The position numbers and the translations under genes were made by a program. Shown one piece after another: positions 17,985 to 27,454 of a stretch of DNA of 32,000 nucleotides. This stretch comes from Promethearchaeia archaeon. GTDB lineage: Archaea > Asgardarchaeota > Lokiarchaeia > Sigyniarchaeales > SOKP01. The notes below the pieces were generated by a model. The model made no database searches and was not told where the DNA came from. It saw only the letters and a program-made list of their open reading frames with translations. The stretch spans positions 818 through 32,817 of the forward strand of contig JAWOFX010000052.1 in assembly GCA_046497275.1 (NCBI GenBank), given 5' to 3'. Within the stretch, counting starts at the first letter, position 1. Every line of letters begins with the position of its first letter.

Positions 17985-19820
17985 TTAAAGATTTTCTAAT
18001 CCTAATTTTTTAAGGGTTTTTGGGCTAGGTTTGCCAGTTTTCGGATCCCAATCTCTCACTTCATAATAAAATTGTTTTAATTTTTCGAAATCTGGTGTTT
18101 TTCCAGCTGACCCTCCTTCTGTATGAGGCTCTAATAAAATCTGGGGCATTTTTTCATCTTCAGGTGTTAGTCCCATTTTTAAATTAAACAATCGTTTTGA
18201 TGTATAGATTCTTTCACCTGTTTCTTTTACTTTTTCAATGTCAAAATTTAAACCGGTAGCAGTTTCGATTACTTTCGCAACCATATCTGGAGGAGGATTA
18301 CAGAAGATACACAATACAAGCGAGTTATAAAGGGCTCGATAATCATAGAGATTAGCGCAATTCTTTGCCATAATCTCATCATCGCTATACCTATCAATCA
18401 ATTCAATCCCTAAATCTTGAAAAGGAAGGCCCAATAGAACCATATACATATCACATGCGCAATGGCAAGGACCACGAGTAGTTCCTACTGAATAAGCCAA
18501 TGCCATTCCCCAAGTGTGTCGTGGATCATGGTAAGGAACTTCCTGACCAATAGATGTTGCAATCTTATCTTGAGAAATTCCAAATTTTTTTCCAACCGCA
18601 TCAGATCCGTTTGCTAATACATCTCCGATACCTTCTCTAAAAGCCATCTTTTTTATCATTTCTATTGCTGGCTCAATCTCCCCCCAATTCGGCTCAAGAC
18701 CATCAATATCACCTGAAGTTATTTTTCCAGTATTATATAAATAGTAAATGAATGCTATAGTACCTCCACCACTAATCGTGTCAATTCCATAGTCGTTGCA
18801 TAAAGTATTTGCTCTAACAATTGATTTTAAATTGTCATTAAGAATCAAAGAGCCAAAACTAACTATAGTTTCATATTCTGGAGCCTCCACTTCTCCTTCG
18901 AATGCATACTCTCCTTCACTAACAGATGCTTTATGAGCGCATCCTATAGGGCAAGAATAACAAGGATATTGTTTTGTATAAATCATTTCTGAAGCAGTCG
19001 CCCCTGAAATATTAAAGGCGCCATCCCATTGCCCTTGTGTCCAATATTTAATGGGAATTTCGCCTTCCATGTTATATTTATCAACACCTCCAGGAGTTCC
19101 TAATATTCCAAACATTTGAGTTGTAAATGAATTATTCACATTCTCGATCATTTCTTTGACGGCTTCTTTAAATTCCTCTGGTTTAGCAGCCTCAAACTTC
19201 CTCTTTGGCCCTTTTACGGCTATCGCTTTTAATTTTTTTGATCCCATTACAGCGCCCATTCCAGTTCTTCCTGCTGCTTTTTCTTCAGAGTTTATAGTAG
19301 CAAATTTCACTAAATTTTCGCCTGCTTGACCAATACACGCTACTCTTGTTAAATTTGAACCCGATTCTTCCTTTAAAATTTCATGCGTCTCTAATGCGCC
19401 TTTCCCCCATAGATGAGAAGCATCTTTTAACTCCACTTTCTCTTCAGTAATATTAAGAAAAACAGGATTATTAGAAACACCCTTTATTATTATTCCATCA
19501 TACCCAGCTTTTTTTAATTCTGGTCCAAAATAACCTCCACAATTTGCTTCTCCCCAAATTCCTGTATATGGTGATTTTGCACAGACAGAAAATCTCCCAG
19601 AGGTTGGAGCATTTGATAAGCAGAGAGGTCCTGTCATAAACATTAAAATATTTTCTGGACCTAATGGATCAGTCTCTTTTTCTATGAAATCATAAAGATA
19701 TCTTACAGCATATCCAGTAGCACCTAAAAATTTTTCTGCAATCGAAGTATCAAGCGGAATATCCTTAATCTCACTATTGTTTAAATTTACTTCCAATATT
19801 TTTCCTATAAATCCTTTCAC
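17985..19820 (-). CDS. aor: tungsten-containing aldehyde:ferredoxin oxidoreductase family protein
   Basis: AAGRTGMGAVMGSKKLKAI, KSPYTG, CYSCPIGC, PEYET, YGIDTIS; GTG start with GAGGAGTGA SD. Confidence 0.92.
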   Translation of the reverse strand: MKGFIGKILEVNLNNSEIKDIPLDTSIAEKFLGATGYAVRYLYDFIEKETDPLGPENILMFMTGPLCLSNAPTSGRFSVCAKSPYTGIWGEANCGGYFGPELKKAGYDGIIIKGVSNNPVFLNITEEKVELKDASHLWGKGALETHEILKEESGSNLTRVACIGQAGENLVKFATINSEEKAAGRTGMGAVMGSKKLKAIAVKGPKRKFEAAKPEEFKEAVKEMIENVNNSFTTQMFGILGTPGGVDKYNMEGEIPIKYWTQGQWDGAFNISGATASEMIYTKQYPCYSCPIGCAHKASVSEGEYAFEGEVEAPEYETIVSFGSLILNDNLKSIVRANTLCNDYGIDTISGGGTIAFIYYLYNTGKITSGDIDGLEPNWGEIEPAIEMIKKMAFREGIGDVLANGSDAVGKKFGISQDKIATSIGQEVPYHDPRHTWGMALAYSVGTTRGPCHCACDMYMVLLGLPFQDLGIELIDRYSDDEIMAKNCANLYDYRALYNSLVLCIFCNPPPDMVAKVIETATGLNFDIEKVKETGERIYTSKRLFNLKMGLTPEDEKMPQILLEPHTEGGSAGKTPDFEKLKQFYYEVRDWDPKTGKPSPKTLKKLGLENL

Positions 19821-19897
19821 TTTTATTCACTCCTCTTTATAAACTTGTTAAACGTAAATTTCAATTATATATACTTAGACTATTGTTTATTGATTAT

Positions 19898-19943
19898 TTT
19901 TTAACTTTAAAAAATTATCTAGACGAGCTTTTAAAGTTAAAAA
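19898..19943. repeat. perfect 15-bp inverted repeat (TTTTTAACTTTAAAA / TTTTAAAGTTAAAAA, 16-nt spacer) in the aor/adh divergent intergenic region
   Basis: Arms at 19898-19912 and 19929-19943, read directly from the sequence. Confidence 0.75.
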
Positions 19944-20014
19944 CTTTAAATTCTATAATAATTCAATATAATTTAGTAATTAAATTAAATTAACTTTACA
20001 AGGAGTAAAATAAA

Positions 20015-21211
20015 ATGTGGTATTTTTACAGCCCGAATATAATTTATGGGGAAGATGCTATAGATTTTATGGAAAATATTGAAGGAGAGAAGTGTTTTGT
20101 TGTCACAGACAACATAATCAAAGATTTAGGATATCTTAAAATTGTTACAGATAAATTAGAAGAATTAGGAAAAGACTATAAAGTATTTGATGAAGTAGTT
20201 CCAGATCCAAAAGCAGATGGCGTTTTAAAAGCAAGAGAACAATGTATCAATTATTCACCAGATTTAATAATAGGATTAGGTGGTGGCTCGGTTATGGACA
20301 CCGCTAAGACCGCTTGGGCTCTATACGAATTTCAAGATATGACCTTGGATGATCTGCATCCATTTAATCCTCGCTTATATCAAGTAGGAAAGAAATCGAA
20401 ATTAATCGCCATCCCAACTACATCGGGAACGGGAGCAGAAACAACTTTTGCAGTTGTAGTTTCGGTTGAGGAAATGGGTGTGTGGAGAAAATCAATTCAA
20501 GCTCATAAAGGATTAATCCCATCATTTGCGATTGTAGATCCCCGATTCCCTGCTGGAATGCCTCCTAAATTAACTGCTGATACTGGTTTTGACGCTTTAG
20601 CTCATGCTTTAGAGGGAATGGTATCAAGTTGGAAAAATGAATTCAGCTATGCACTAGGTTTAAGAGCTATCGAAATGATTTTTGAATTTTTACCCATTGC
20701 ATATAAAGATGGTGATAATATGCACGCTCGGGATATGATGCACCAAGCAGCTACAATGGCGGGACTCTCATTCGGAAATGGACAAGTTCATATTGGTCAT
20801 ACACTAGGGCATAGTTTAGGAACGATTTTTCATACTTCTCACGGACGAGCTGTTGGTATTTTTCTAAAATATGTAACTCAATTTTGCCTTAATAATCCTG
20901 ATGGAAATGAATCAGTAGAAATTTATTCAAAAATGGCGAAACAATTAGGATGGGCGAATTGGGACGATTCTGATGAAGAAGCAGCTAATTCGGTTATTGA
21001 TAAAATTAAAGAATTAGAAGATAAAGTCGATATCCCTCATAGTTTTAAAGGTGTTGGTCTCCCTAAAGATAAATATGAGGAAAGTATTGATAAAATGGTC
21101 CAACTCTGCTTTATGGATGCGTCTGGTACAATGGCTCCAAGAAGTCCAAATAAAGCCGATTTTGAAAAACTTTATAGATATGCTTATGAAGGAAAAGACG
21201 TCGATTGGTAA
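20015..21211 (+). CDS. iron-containing alcohol dehydrogenase
   Basis: GLGGGSVMD, IPTTSGTGAE, DALAHALE, HTLGH, HGRAVG metal-ligand motifs. Confidence 0.92.
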   Translation: MWYFYSPNIIYGEDAIDFMENIEGEKCFVVTDNIIKDLGYLKIVTDKLEELGKDYKVFDEVVPDPKADGVLKAREQCINYSPDLIIGLGGGSVMDTAKTAWALYEFQDMTLDDLHPFNPRLYQVGKKSKLIAIPTTSGTGAETTFAVVVSVEEMGVWRKSIQAHKGLIPSFAIVDPRFPAGMPPKLTADTGFDALAHALEGMVSSWKNEFSYALGLRAIEMIFEFLPIAYKDGDNMHARDMMHQAATMAGLSFGNGQVHIGHTLGHSLGTIFHTSHGRAVGIFLKYVTQFCLNNPDGNESVEIYSKMAKQLGWANWDDSDEEAANSVIDKIKELEDKVDIPHSFKGVGLPKDKYEESIDKMVQLCFMDASGTMAPRSPNKADFEKLYRYAYEGKDVDW

Positions 21212-21241
21212 TTTTAAAACTTCTAAAGTATTTTTTTTATA

Positions 21242-21282
21242 AGAAGGATTTCGCCCTCCTTCTCCAATATCTCTTTTTTTTA
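21242..21282 (+). terminator. stem-loop AGAAGGA-N8-TCCTTCT followed by a T tract after adh
   Basis: 7-bp stem at 21242-21248/21257-21263, T runs on both sides. Confidence 0.4.
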
Positions 21283-21590
21283 TTCTTATTTAAATCTATA
21301 AGGACCAAATTTTGACAAGGCATAAGAAAGATAGCATTTATAAAATCTGAGAAATTTATTACCGATTTAATCAATAAATAGAAAATTTATTATTGATTAC
21401 ACACAAAAAAACATATATTTATTAGTAAAAACAAATAAAATAATCATTAAGATTTATTAATATTAATAAGACCAAAATTAAAGTTACCAAAATTTATATT
21501 CAAAAATTTAAGAATATTTCAGCATTAAATTACAAACTTGAACTATATCTCAACTATGAGAATATATTCAAACCAAAATATCATACGTTT

Positions 21591-22307
21591 ATGAGTTTTG
21601 AAATATTTGAACCTCCTCTAAGTTTAGACCATCCGAGTGTGCAGAATGTATTGGAAATAGCCCAAGACATTTTAGATCAAAATAAAAAACTCAATATTGA
21701 AAATTTATATAATATTGCTAAGAAAGAGTTAAAAATCCCTCGCAAAGGATTATTAATGATAATTCAATTTCTTATTAACAAGAATGTTCTCATAGATGGT
21801 TCAAAATATACAAAAGAGACACTTCTTTCAAATTTTTATAGGAGAAAAATATATAATTTTATAGAAAATAATTTAGGGGCTCACTTTTCACTGTTAAGAA
21901 AGGAGATTCTTTCCGATGAGGAAGAAGAATTAGGCAGTTCAGGACAATTAATTTGGCATCTTGAAATGCTTCTTAAATTTGATTATATAAAGAAAATAAA
22001 AATTGGGAATTACTCCGTGTTTATTCTATCTGACTTAGATGAGCAAATCGGAGAAATATCTTTTTTTTTGAAAGATAAGATAAATAGAAAGATTATTTCT
22101 TTGTTAAAAAAAAAGAAGTCGATACCAAAATCTGAAATTCATAAAAAAATTAGTGAAAGTCGCGGAAAAGTTTATTATCGGATAAATAATTTACTTGAAT
22201 TTAAAATCATCGTATCTGAAGAAAAAGATCAGACCTACATTTCTTTAAATCTAAATATGAGAAAAAAAATTCTAAAAACCTTAAGATATATTAAAGAATA
22301 TTTTTAA
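21591..22307 (+). CDS. multi-winged-helix DNA-binding protein (COG3398-like archaeal regulator)
   Basis: RRKIYNFIENNLGAHFSLLRKEI..SSGQLIWHLEML and a second wHTH (SEIHKKISESRGKVYYRINNLLEFKII). Confidence 0.78.
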   Translation: MSFEIFEPPLSLDHPSVQNVLEIAQDILDQNKKLNIENLYNIAKKELKIPRKGLLMIIQFLINKNVLIDGSKYTKETLLSNFYRRKIYNFIENNLGAHFSLLRKEILSDEEEELGSSGQLIWHLEMLLKFDYIKKIKIGNYSVFILSDLDEQIGEISFFLKDKINRKIISLLKKKKSIPKSEIHKKISESRGKVYYRINNLLEFKIIVSEEKDQTYISLNLNMRKKILKTLRYIKEYF

Positions 22308-22344
22308 GTTAAATAAGAATAATATACACAAAAAAGTCTAAAAA

Positions 22345-23652
22345 ATGTTGAATTGGACATCTGAAGTCATAACTAATGGACTAGTAGCAATTGTAATATT
22401 CATAGCGGTATTTATCTGCTCCTCAGTCACACGTAAAAGAAAAATACGTTCGGTATTATATATAAGATTAGTTATATTTATATTGGGTATATATTCACTT
22501 TTAGAGGCTTTAGCAGATTTATTATTATTAAAAATTTTAGCTGTAGTTGCTTTTGTGCTTTTATTTCCTCTTGCTATTTTTGCCGTTATGGCAGTAAATT
22601 ATATACTTAAAGATACATACTTTTCTTTTGTTTTATTTATCCTATTTGCTACAGGACCAGTCCTTATTCTATTATCTATTCAATCAGATTCAATTATACT
22701 AGTAACTGAAGATATCTATATTTATTATACAACTATTAACTGGGCACTTATTTCCGAATTATTCTTTATAGGAGTATTTGGAATTTACTTTTTTTATTGG
22801 GGTTTGAAGACTTATTTAAACGCACCTTTCTTGATAAAAAGAGAAGCATTGATCTTTTTCATAGGTGTTTTAATGGGTTCTGTGATAACCGTCTCTTTAA
22901 ATGCGTTAGTAGTCTTTTTAAGATACATTCTTATAGTTGCTTTGATTATTGGAATTTTTGGAATAATAGTAGTCTTAGTTTCTGTAGAAAAAGAACCCAA
23001 ATTACTTTATATACTCCCATTCATAGTATATAGGATCTCAGTCAAAGATCAAGAAGGATTTCCATTATATGATCATGATTGGTCTGATTCTAGTATCAAT
23101 GAAATCCTTTTTACGGGATTTATCAATGCGGTTCAACACATGAGTAAGGAAGTAATGGATATTGGAGGTTTATTAGATATCAATATGGAAAAAGGAATTA
23201 TGGTTTTGAATCACTCAAAATTTATCACCGTTGGATTAGTAGCTTCAAAGTCTTCAAAATTACTTAGGGATTCATTAACTAAATTTACTAGAGAATTTGA
23301 AATAAAGTTTGAGTCAGAATTGAAGAACTCAATAAGAGATATGAATGCGTATAAAGGAGCTTATGAATTAATTGATAAATACTTTTCAAACTTTCCTTAT
23401 CGTATTTTTAAAAGTAGAAAACAAAAATTATTACTTTCTGGAAAATTCACCCAGATTCCTAAAGAATTAGATGAACGAATTAAAACTGTATTTCCTAACG
23501 AGAAAGAATATGAATTTATTAAATCAGAATTACTCAAAGTTCCCTTATACACATATTCTGAATTTGAGGCGCTTTATAATGAATTAAAAGAAGAGATGAA
23601 ACAAATTTCGAAAGATGAATCAAAATATTTAGATTCAAATATTGAGAATTGA
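22345..23652 (+). CDS. 7-TM membrane protein with cytoplasmic longin/roadblock-like domain
   Basis: Seven hydrophobic segments in the first ~215 aa, then ISVKDQEGFPLY..ILFTGFINAVQHMSKEV..GIMVLNHSKFITVGLVA..LTKFTREFEIKF, which has a longin-like topology. Confidence 0.6.
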   Translation: MLNWTSEVITNGLVAIVIFIAVFICSSVTRKRKIRSVLYIRLVIFILGIYSLLEALADLLLLKILAVVAFVLLFPLAIFAVMAVNYILKDTYFSFVLFILFATGPVLILLSIQSDSIILVTEDIYIYYTTINWALISELFFIGVFGIYFFYWGLKTYLNAPFLIKREALIFFIGVLMGSVITVSLNALVVFLRYILIVALIIGIFGIIVVLVSVEKEPKLLYILPFIVYRISVKDQEGFPLYDHDWSDSSINEILFTGFINAVQHMSKEVMDIGGLLDINMEKGIMVLNHSKFITVGLVASKSSKLLRDSLTKFTREFEIKFESELKNSIRDMNAYKGAYELIDKYFSNFPYRIFKSRKQKLLLSGKFTQIPKELDERIKTVFPNEKEYEFIKSELLKVPLYTYSEFEALYNELKEEMKQISKDESKYLDSNIEN

Positions 23653-23737
23653 ATTATAAATGGATTGTTAGAATATTGATTTTTAGAAGTATTTAGCCAA
23701 AATACTAAGAAAAAAAGTTAAAAAATAAAAAAATTTA

Positions 23738-24187
23738 TTATATTGGATTAAAATATTCTATATCTGTAATTTTTTTCTGTCTTCTATCCTTAAACACTGC
23801 TTCTACCCTCATCCCTTCTTTTAGCTTCTTTGGATTGCCTTCATTGATTATATGAACAAATCCAGTATCAGCACCATCTAGCTTTATTATTCCATATCCA
23901 AAAGGAGGCTTTAAAGGCATCACATCAGTTGAATGGGTAACAACGGTAAATCCCTCAACAGTTCCTTGATTTCCTACTTCAACCCATTCTTCCATCTTTT
24001 CAAAGCATTTAAAACAGACCATCTTTGGAGGAACGTAGACCTGCCCACATTTAGGACATTTTACTCCCATAATTTTATTATTTCTACCGATTTCTTCTAA
24101 AAATTTTTCAACGTAATCGCCTGCAGTGTGTTTATAGGGTACTTTAATTCTTCCTCGATAAATCTTTTTCTCTTTATCATCACTCAT
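23738..24187 (-). CDS. DUF35 Zn-ribbon/OB-fold protein
   Basis: CPKCGQVYVPPKMVCFKC and GIIKLDGADT; GAGGTGA SD supports ATG 24187. Confidence 0.9.
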   Translation of the reverse strand: MSDDKEKKIYRGRIKVPYKHTAGDYVEKFLEEIGRNNKIMGVKCPKCGQVYVPPKMVCFKCFEKMEEWVEVGNQGTVEGFTVVTHSTDVMPLKPPFGYGIIKLDGADTGFVHIINEGNPKKLKEGMRVEAVFKDRRQKKITDIEYFNPI

Positions 24188-24202
24188 AATTTTCACCTCT
24201 TT

Positions 24203-24688
24203 TTATTCCTCCTCTATGATTTCAAAATACGGGATATCACCTAAATTTCCCTCCATTTCATCCTTAAACACCGCTTTGACTCTCTGTCCTATTTTCATCT
24301 TTTCATGGTCTTTTTCATTGATGAAATGCATAGTATATGTTTCGGCACCATCTAATTGGAATAACCCATAACCATAAGGAAAAGGTCTCATCCCACCAGT
24401 AGCAGGATCGACGAAGGGATAATTAACAACCGTAAAACCCACCAAAGTTCCAACTGGTGGAACCTCGACCATATCATCTACAGTCATTTTAACTATACAT
24501 TCCGCACAAACACCTCTTGGAGGAAAATGTACTTTTCCGCATTCAGGACATTTAGTTCCAAGTAATTTTCGTTCTTTCTTCAACGTTTCGAAGAATTTCA
24601 CAGATACTTTTCCTATCGCATATTTGTAAGGAAGGTCAGTCTTCCATCTTATTTCGAAAGGTTTTTCTTTTTGATCTTTTTTTCCCAT
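24203..24688 (-). CDS. DUF35 Zn-ribbon/OB-fold protein
   Basis: CPECGKVHFPPRGVCAEC and LFQLDGAET; GAGGTGA SD supports ATG 24688. Confidence 0.9.
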   Translation of the reverse strand: MGKKDQKEKPFEIRWKTDLPYKYAIGKVSVKFFETLKKERKLLGTKCPECGKVHFPPRGVCAECIVKMTVDDMVEVPPVGTLVGFTVVNYPFVDPATGGMRPFPYGYGLFQLDGAETYTMHFINEKDHEKMKIGQRVKAVFKDEMEGNLGDIPYFEIIEEE

Positions 24689-24696
24689 TTTTTTAA

Positions 24697-25890
24697 TCAC
24701 CTCGGTGGTTCATTTCCAAAAATAGCTAATTCTGTCCATAAACTGCCTCCAAATCCCATAGCAAGTGCCCTTTCTACATCTGGGACTTGACGTTTCTCTC
24801 CTCGCCCCATTATTTGGATAGCTGCCTCAGCAAATCTTACAAGGGCAGTTGCACCAATTGGATTTGTACTTAATACACCCCCAGAAGGATTCACAGGTAA
24901 TTCCCCTCCCATCTGAGTGATTCCTTCTCGTAAGATCTCACCGCCTTTTCCTGGTTCCGCAAACCCTAATGCTTCAGTCCAAGAAAGCTCCGCCCAAGAA
25001 GTTGGTTCATAAACTTCCGCAACATCCAGATCTTTTATAGGATCTTTAATTCCGGCTTTTTTATAGGCTTTTTTCGACGCAATTGTTGCGGTTGGAAGAT
25101 CATACATTTTATCATCGCATCCAAATGTGTAATAATGAGCAGTTGCTACAGAATGAAACCATGCTGGATTATCTCGTATTTTTTTTGCTTCTTTTTCATT
25201 AGCATATATAACAGCACATGCACCTTCACTTTGAGGGCAACAATCATGAAGTCGTAGAGGATAAGATATTGTCTGAGAACTCATCACATAATCTAAAGTT
25301 ATATTAGGCATCTGAAGATGCGCAAATGGGTTGTTTGCCGCATTACTTCGATTTTTAACGGTCACCATAGCAGCGGTTTCAGGACTCACATTATATTCAT
25401 TCATATACATATTTGCCATAAGAGCCAATGGTCCGAGAGCTCCAGCAAGAGAAGGGCGCTCCCATACCGGATCAAACGCTGTTATAATCCCAGTTGTCGC
25501 ACCCCCTTCATTTAATTTTTCCCACCCGACAACTAATACTTTATCATAGACCCCCGAGGCTACATTATAATAACCTGAGATCCCTAAAGAGCTGCCGGTC
25601 GTACCGCCAGTCGCAATCTTAACCACAGGTTTCATATAACCCGGAGCCGCATCAATTCCACACCACATTTCAGAGAAATTAATTCCTTCGAAATGATCCA
25701 TTTAGTCTTTAATATTGAAATAATATTAAATATTACCTATGAGGATGGCATCGATATCATTGGGCTCGAGTTGAGCATCATCTAAAGCCATCTTTACTGC
25801 CTCATAAATCATTTCTGGGATATTCACATCTCTTCTTTTACTTCTAAATTTAGTTTGGCCGATTCCAACTATACCAACGTTCTCCGGCAT
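24697..25890 (-). CDS. Ltp3-like thiolase-fold (aldolase-type) protein interrupted by a 30-nt in-frame insert; 387 aa if the insert is removed
   Basis: ATG 25890 overlaps the upstream TAA (TAATG) and has SD GGAGGTGA. It reads MPENVGIVGIGQTKFRSKRRDV...DIDAILIGN, then 10 extra codons including two TAA, then continues in the same frame as MDHFEGI...AEVYEP...SGGVLSTNPIG. Confidence 0.85.
25702..25731 (-). other. 30-nt hairpin insert; candidate bulge-helix-bulge (BHB-like) intron
   Basis: Sense sequence AUUUAAUAUUAUUUCAAUAUUAAAGACUAA with a 9-bp stem and 5-nt loop. Removing it restores GGT AAT ATG GAT (G-N-M-D). The insert is certain; the intron interpretation is inferred. Confidence 0.5.
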
Positions 25891-27038
25891 TATTTTTCAC
25901 CTCCAAATATTAGTACACAATTACCTTGCGAACATATTCCATTCATTCCATTCGCAAGTCCGAGTTTGGCATCTGAAATTTGATGCTTTTCAGCTTTTCC
26001 CATTAATTGTAATGCTACTTCCGCTACACGTATTAACCCATTTGCCATCGTAGGATTACTACAAAGAACTCCGCCTGAAGGATTTACCGGAATAGATCCG
26101 TCCATTTCGGTTTCACCGCTGTTAATAAAGTTTCCCCCTTCACCTTTTTCACAAAAACCTAATGCTTCATAACTCATTAACTCGTGTGCCGAAAATGCAT
26201 CATATACTTCCGCCACATCTAAATCATTCACTGGATCTGATATGCCTGCCATTTTATAAGCCTCTTTTGCGGCACCTTCCAATCCAACTAAATCCGTCAT
26301 TGTCCTATGCCCTAAATAATACGCATCAGTACAACTTGCATATCCTTTTAGCCATACGGGGGTATCTGTTAATTCTTTTGCTTTTGCTTCATTCGCTAGC
26401 AGCATTGCCACAGCTCCGTCCGAGAAAGGTGGAAAATCTAATTCTCTTAGAGGATATGCTAACATTGGTGAATGTAAAACATCTTCCATGGTGATCTCTT
26501 TTTGAAGATGAGCATAAGGATTTGATACACCATTCTTTCGGTTTTTTACTACCACTTTTGCCGCTTGCTCATCAGAAATTCCATATTTTGTCATATACAT
26601 ATTTGCCATTAGCCCAGCGGCAGAGATTTGGTCTAAACCAAGATGCCTCTGATAAAATGGGTCGAAAATGCTGTTGTTTATGAGATATTGGTCACCTTCA
26701 GACGATTTCTGATGAGATACAACGAGTACCGTATCGTATTCACCGGATAACACCCGCATAGCACCATACGCATATGCAAAAGCTCCATCCCCTGATACTC
26801 TCGATTCAGCCTTCCGAACAGATCCTACTGCATCTTGGATTGCCATATTTGCGATTGTACGACCATCATTAAAATCGTTAGAACTGGTAATAACACATCC
26901 AACATCATCATTTGTTATATTCAGCTCATCATGTAGTTTCTTTACCACTTCAAATACGAGTTCCATTATAGTTAAATCAATTTTTTCCTGTTCATACTTC
27001 GTCTGTGCGACACCACAAATTGCTACTTTACCATCCAT
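25890..27038 (-). CDS. Ltp4-like thiolase-fold protein (no catalytic Cys, His replaced by Tyr)
   Basis: VAICGVAQT, TSSNDFNDGR, ESRVSGDG, QKSSE, AEVYDAF, SGGVLCSNP; ATG 27038 preferred over GTG 27047. Confidence 0.85.
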   Translation of the reverse strand: MDGKVAICGVAQTKYEQEKIDLTIMELVFEVVKKLHDELNITNDDVGCVITSSNDFNDGRTIANMAIQDAVGSVRKAESRVSGDGAFAYAYGAMRVLSGEYDTVLVVSHQKSSEGDQYLINNSIFDPFYQRHLGLDQISAAGLMANMYMTKYGISDEQAAKVVVKNRKNGVSNPYAHLQKEITMEDVLHSPMLAYPLRELDFPPFSDGAVAMLLANEAKAKELTDTPVWLKGYASCTDAYYLGHRTMTDLVGLEGAAKEAYKMAGISDPVNDLDVAEVYDAFSAHELMSYEALGFCEKGEGGNFINSGETEMDGSIPVNPSGGVLCSNPTMANGLIRVAEVALQLMGKAEKHQISDAKLGLANGMNGICSQGNCVLIFGGEK

Positions 27039-27232
27039 TAGTATCACTTCTAATATATAATTTTTTTATGGTATTTTATTTTTAATTGGAATTTATATTA
27101 AATAATTTAATATACAATTCAGAAATATTTAAAGATTTCATCCAGATTTAATTTAAATTTGATCATATTCAATACAACACTTTCTAAATTACAAAAAAAC
27201 CTTGATTACACCCCGAAATCGCATTAAACAGA

Positions 27233-27272
27233 ATTTCTATTTTTGAATATGGGTTTTTTCATAATCGAAAAT
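27233..27272 (+). repeat. left copy of 40-bp diverged direct repeat
   Basis: ATTTCTATTTTTGAATAT (18 bp) is identical to 29583-29600; 34/40 identity overall by manual alignment. Confidence 0.7.
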
Positions 27273-27454
27273 CTTGTTTACCATCATCAGATTATATAGG
27301 TCAAAAAGCAATAATTAAACAAAAAAAGTTGGATTGAGTTAACTCGATATAATTAGAATTAAATCCAACAAAAATAAATTTTTTTTAACATGTTGAGATA
27401 GAATTAACGAAATTGAATTAACTGCTCTTAAATTCAAAAAAATTATAAATATAT

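Noticed and set aside
21454-21469. Perfect 16-bp palindrome TTATTAATATTAATAA upstream of the wHTH gene
   Set aside because: It contains only A and T in a very AT-rich spacer, so it is readily expected by chance.
24697-25701. ORF-track call of a 334-aa thiolase starting at ATG 25701
   Set aside because: It lacks the conserved thiolase N-terminus and an SD; the missing 53 codons lie in frame upstream from ATG 25890 with a strong SD.
25702-25731. Selenocysteine/pyrrolysine readthrough or ribosomal hopping across the insert
   Set aside because: Both stops are TAA, not TGA or TAG. A matched-codon hop (ATT to ATT) would still land before the second TAA.
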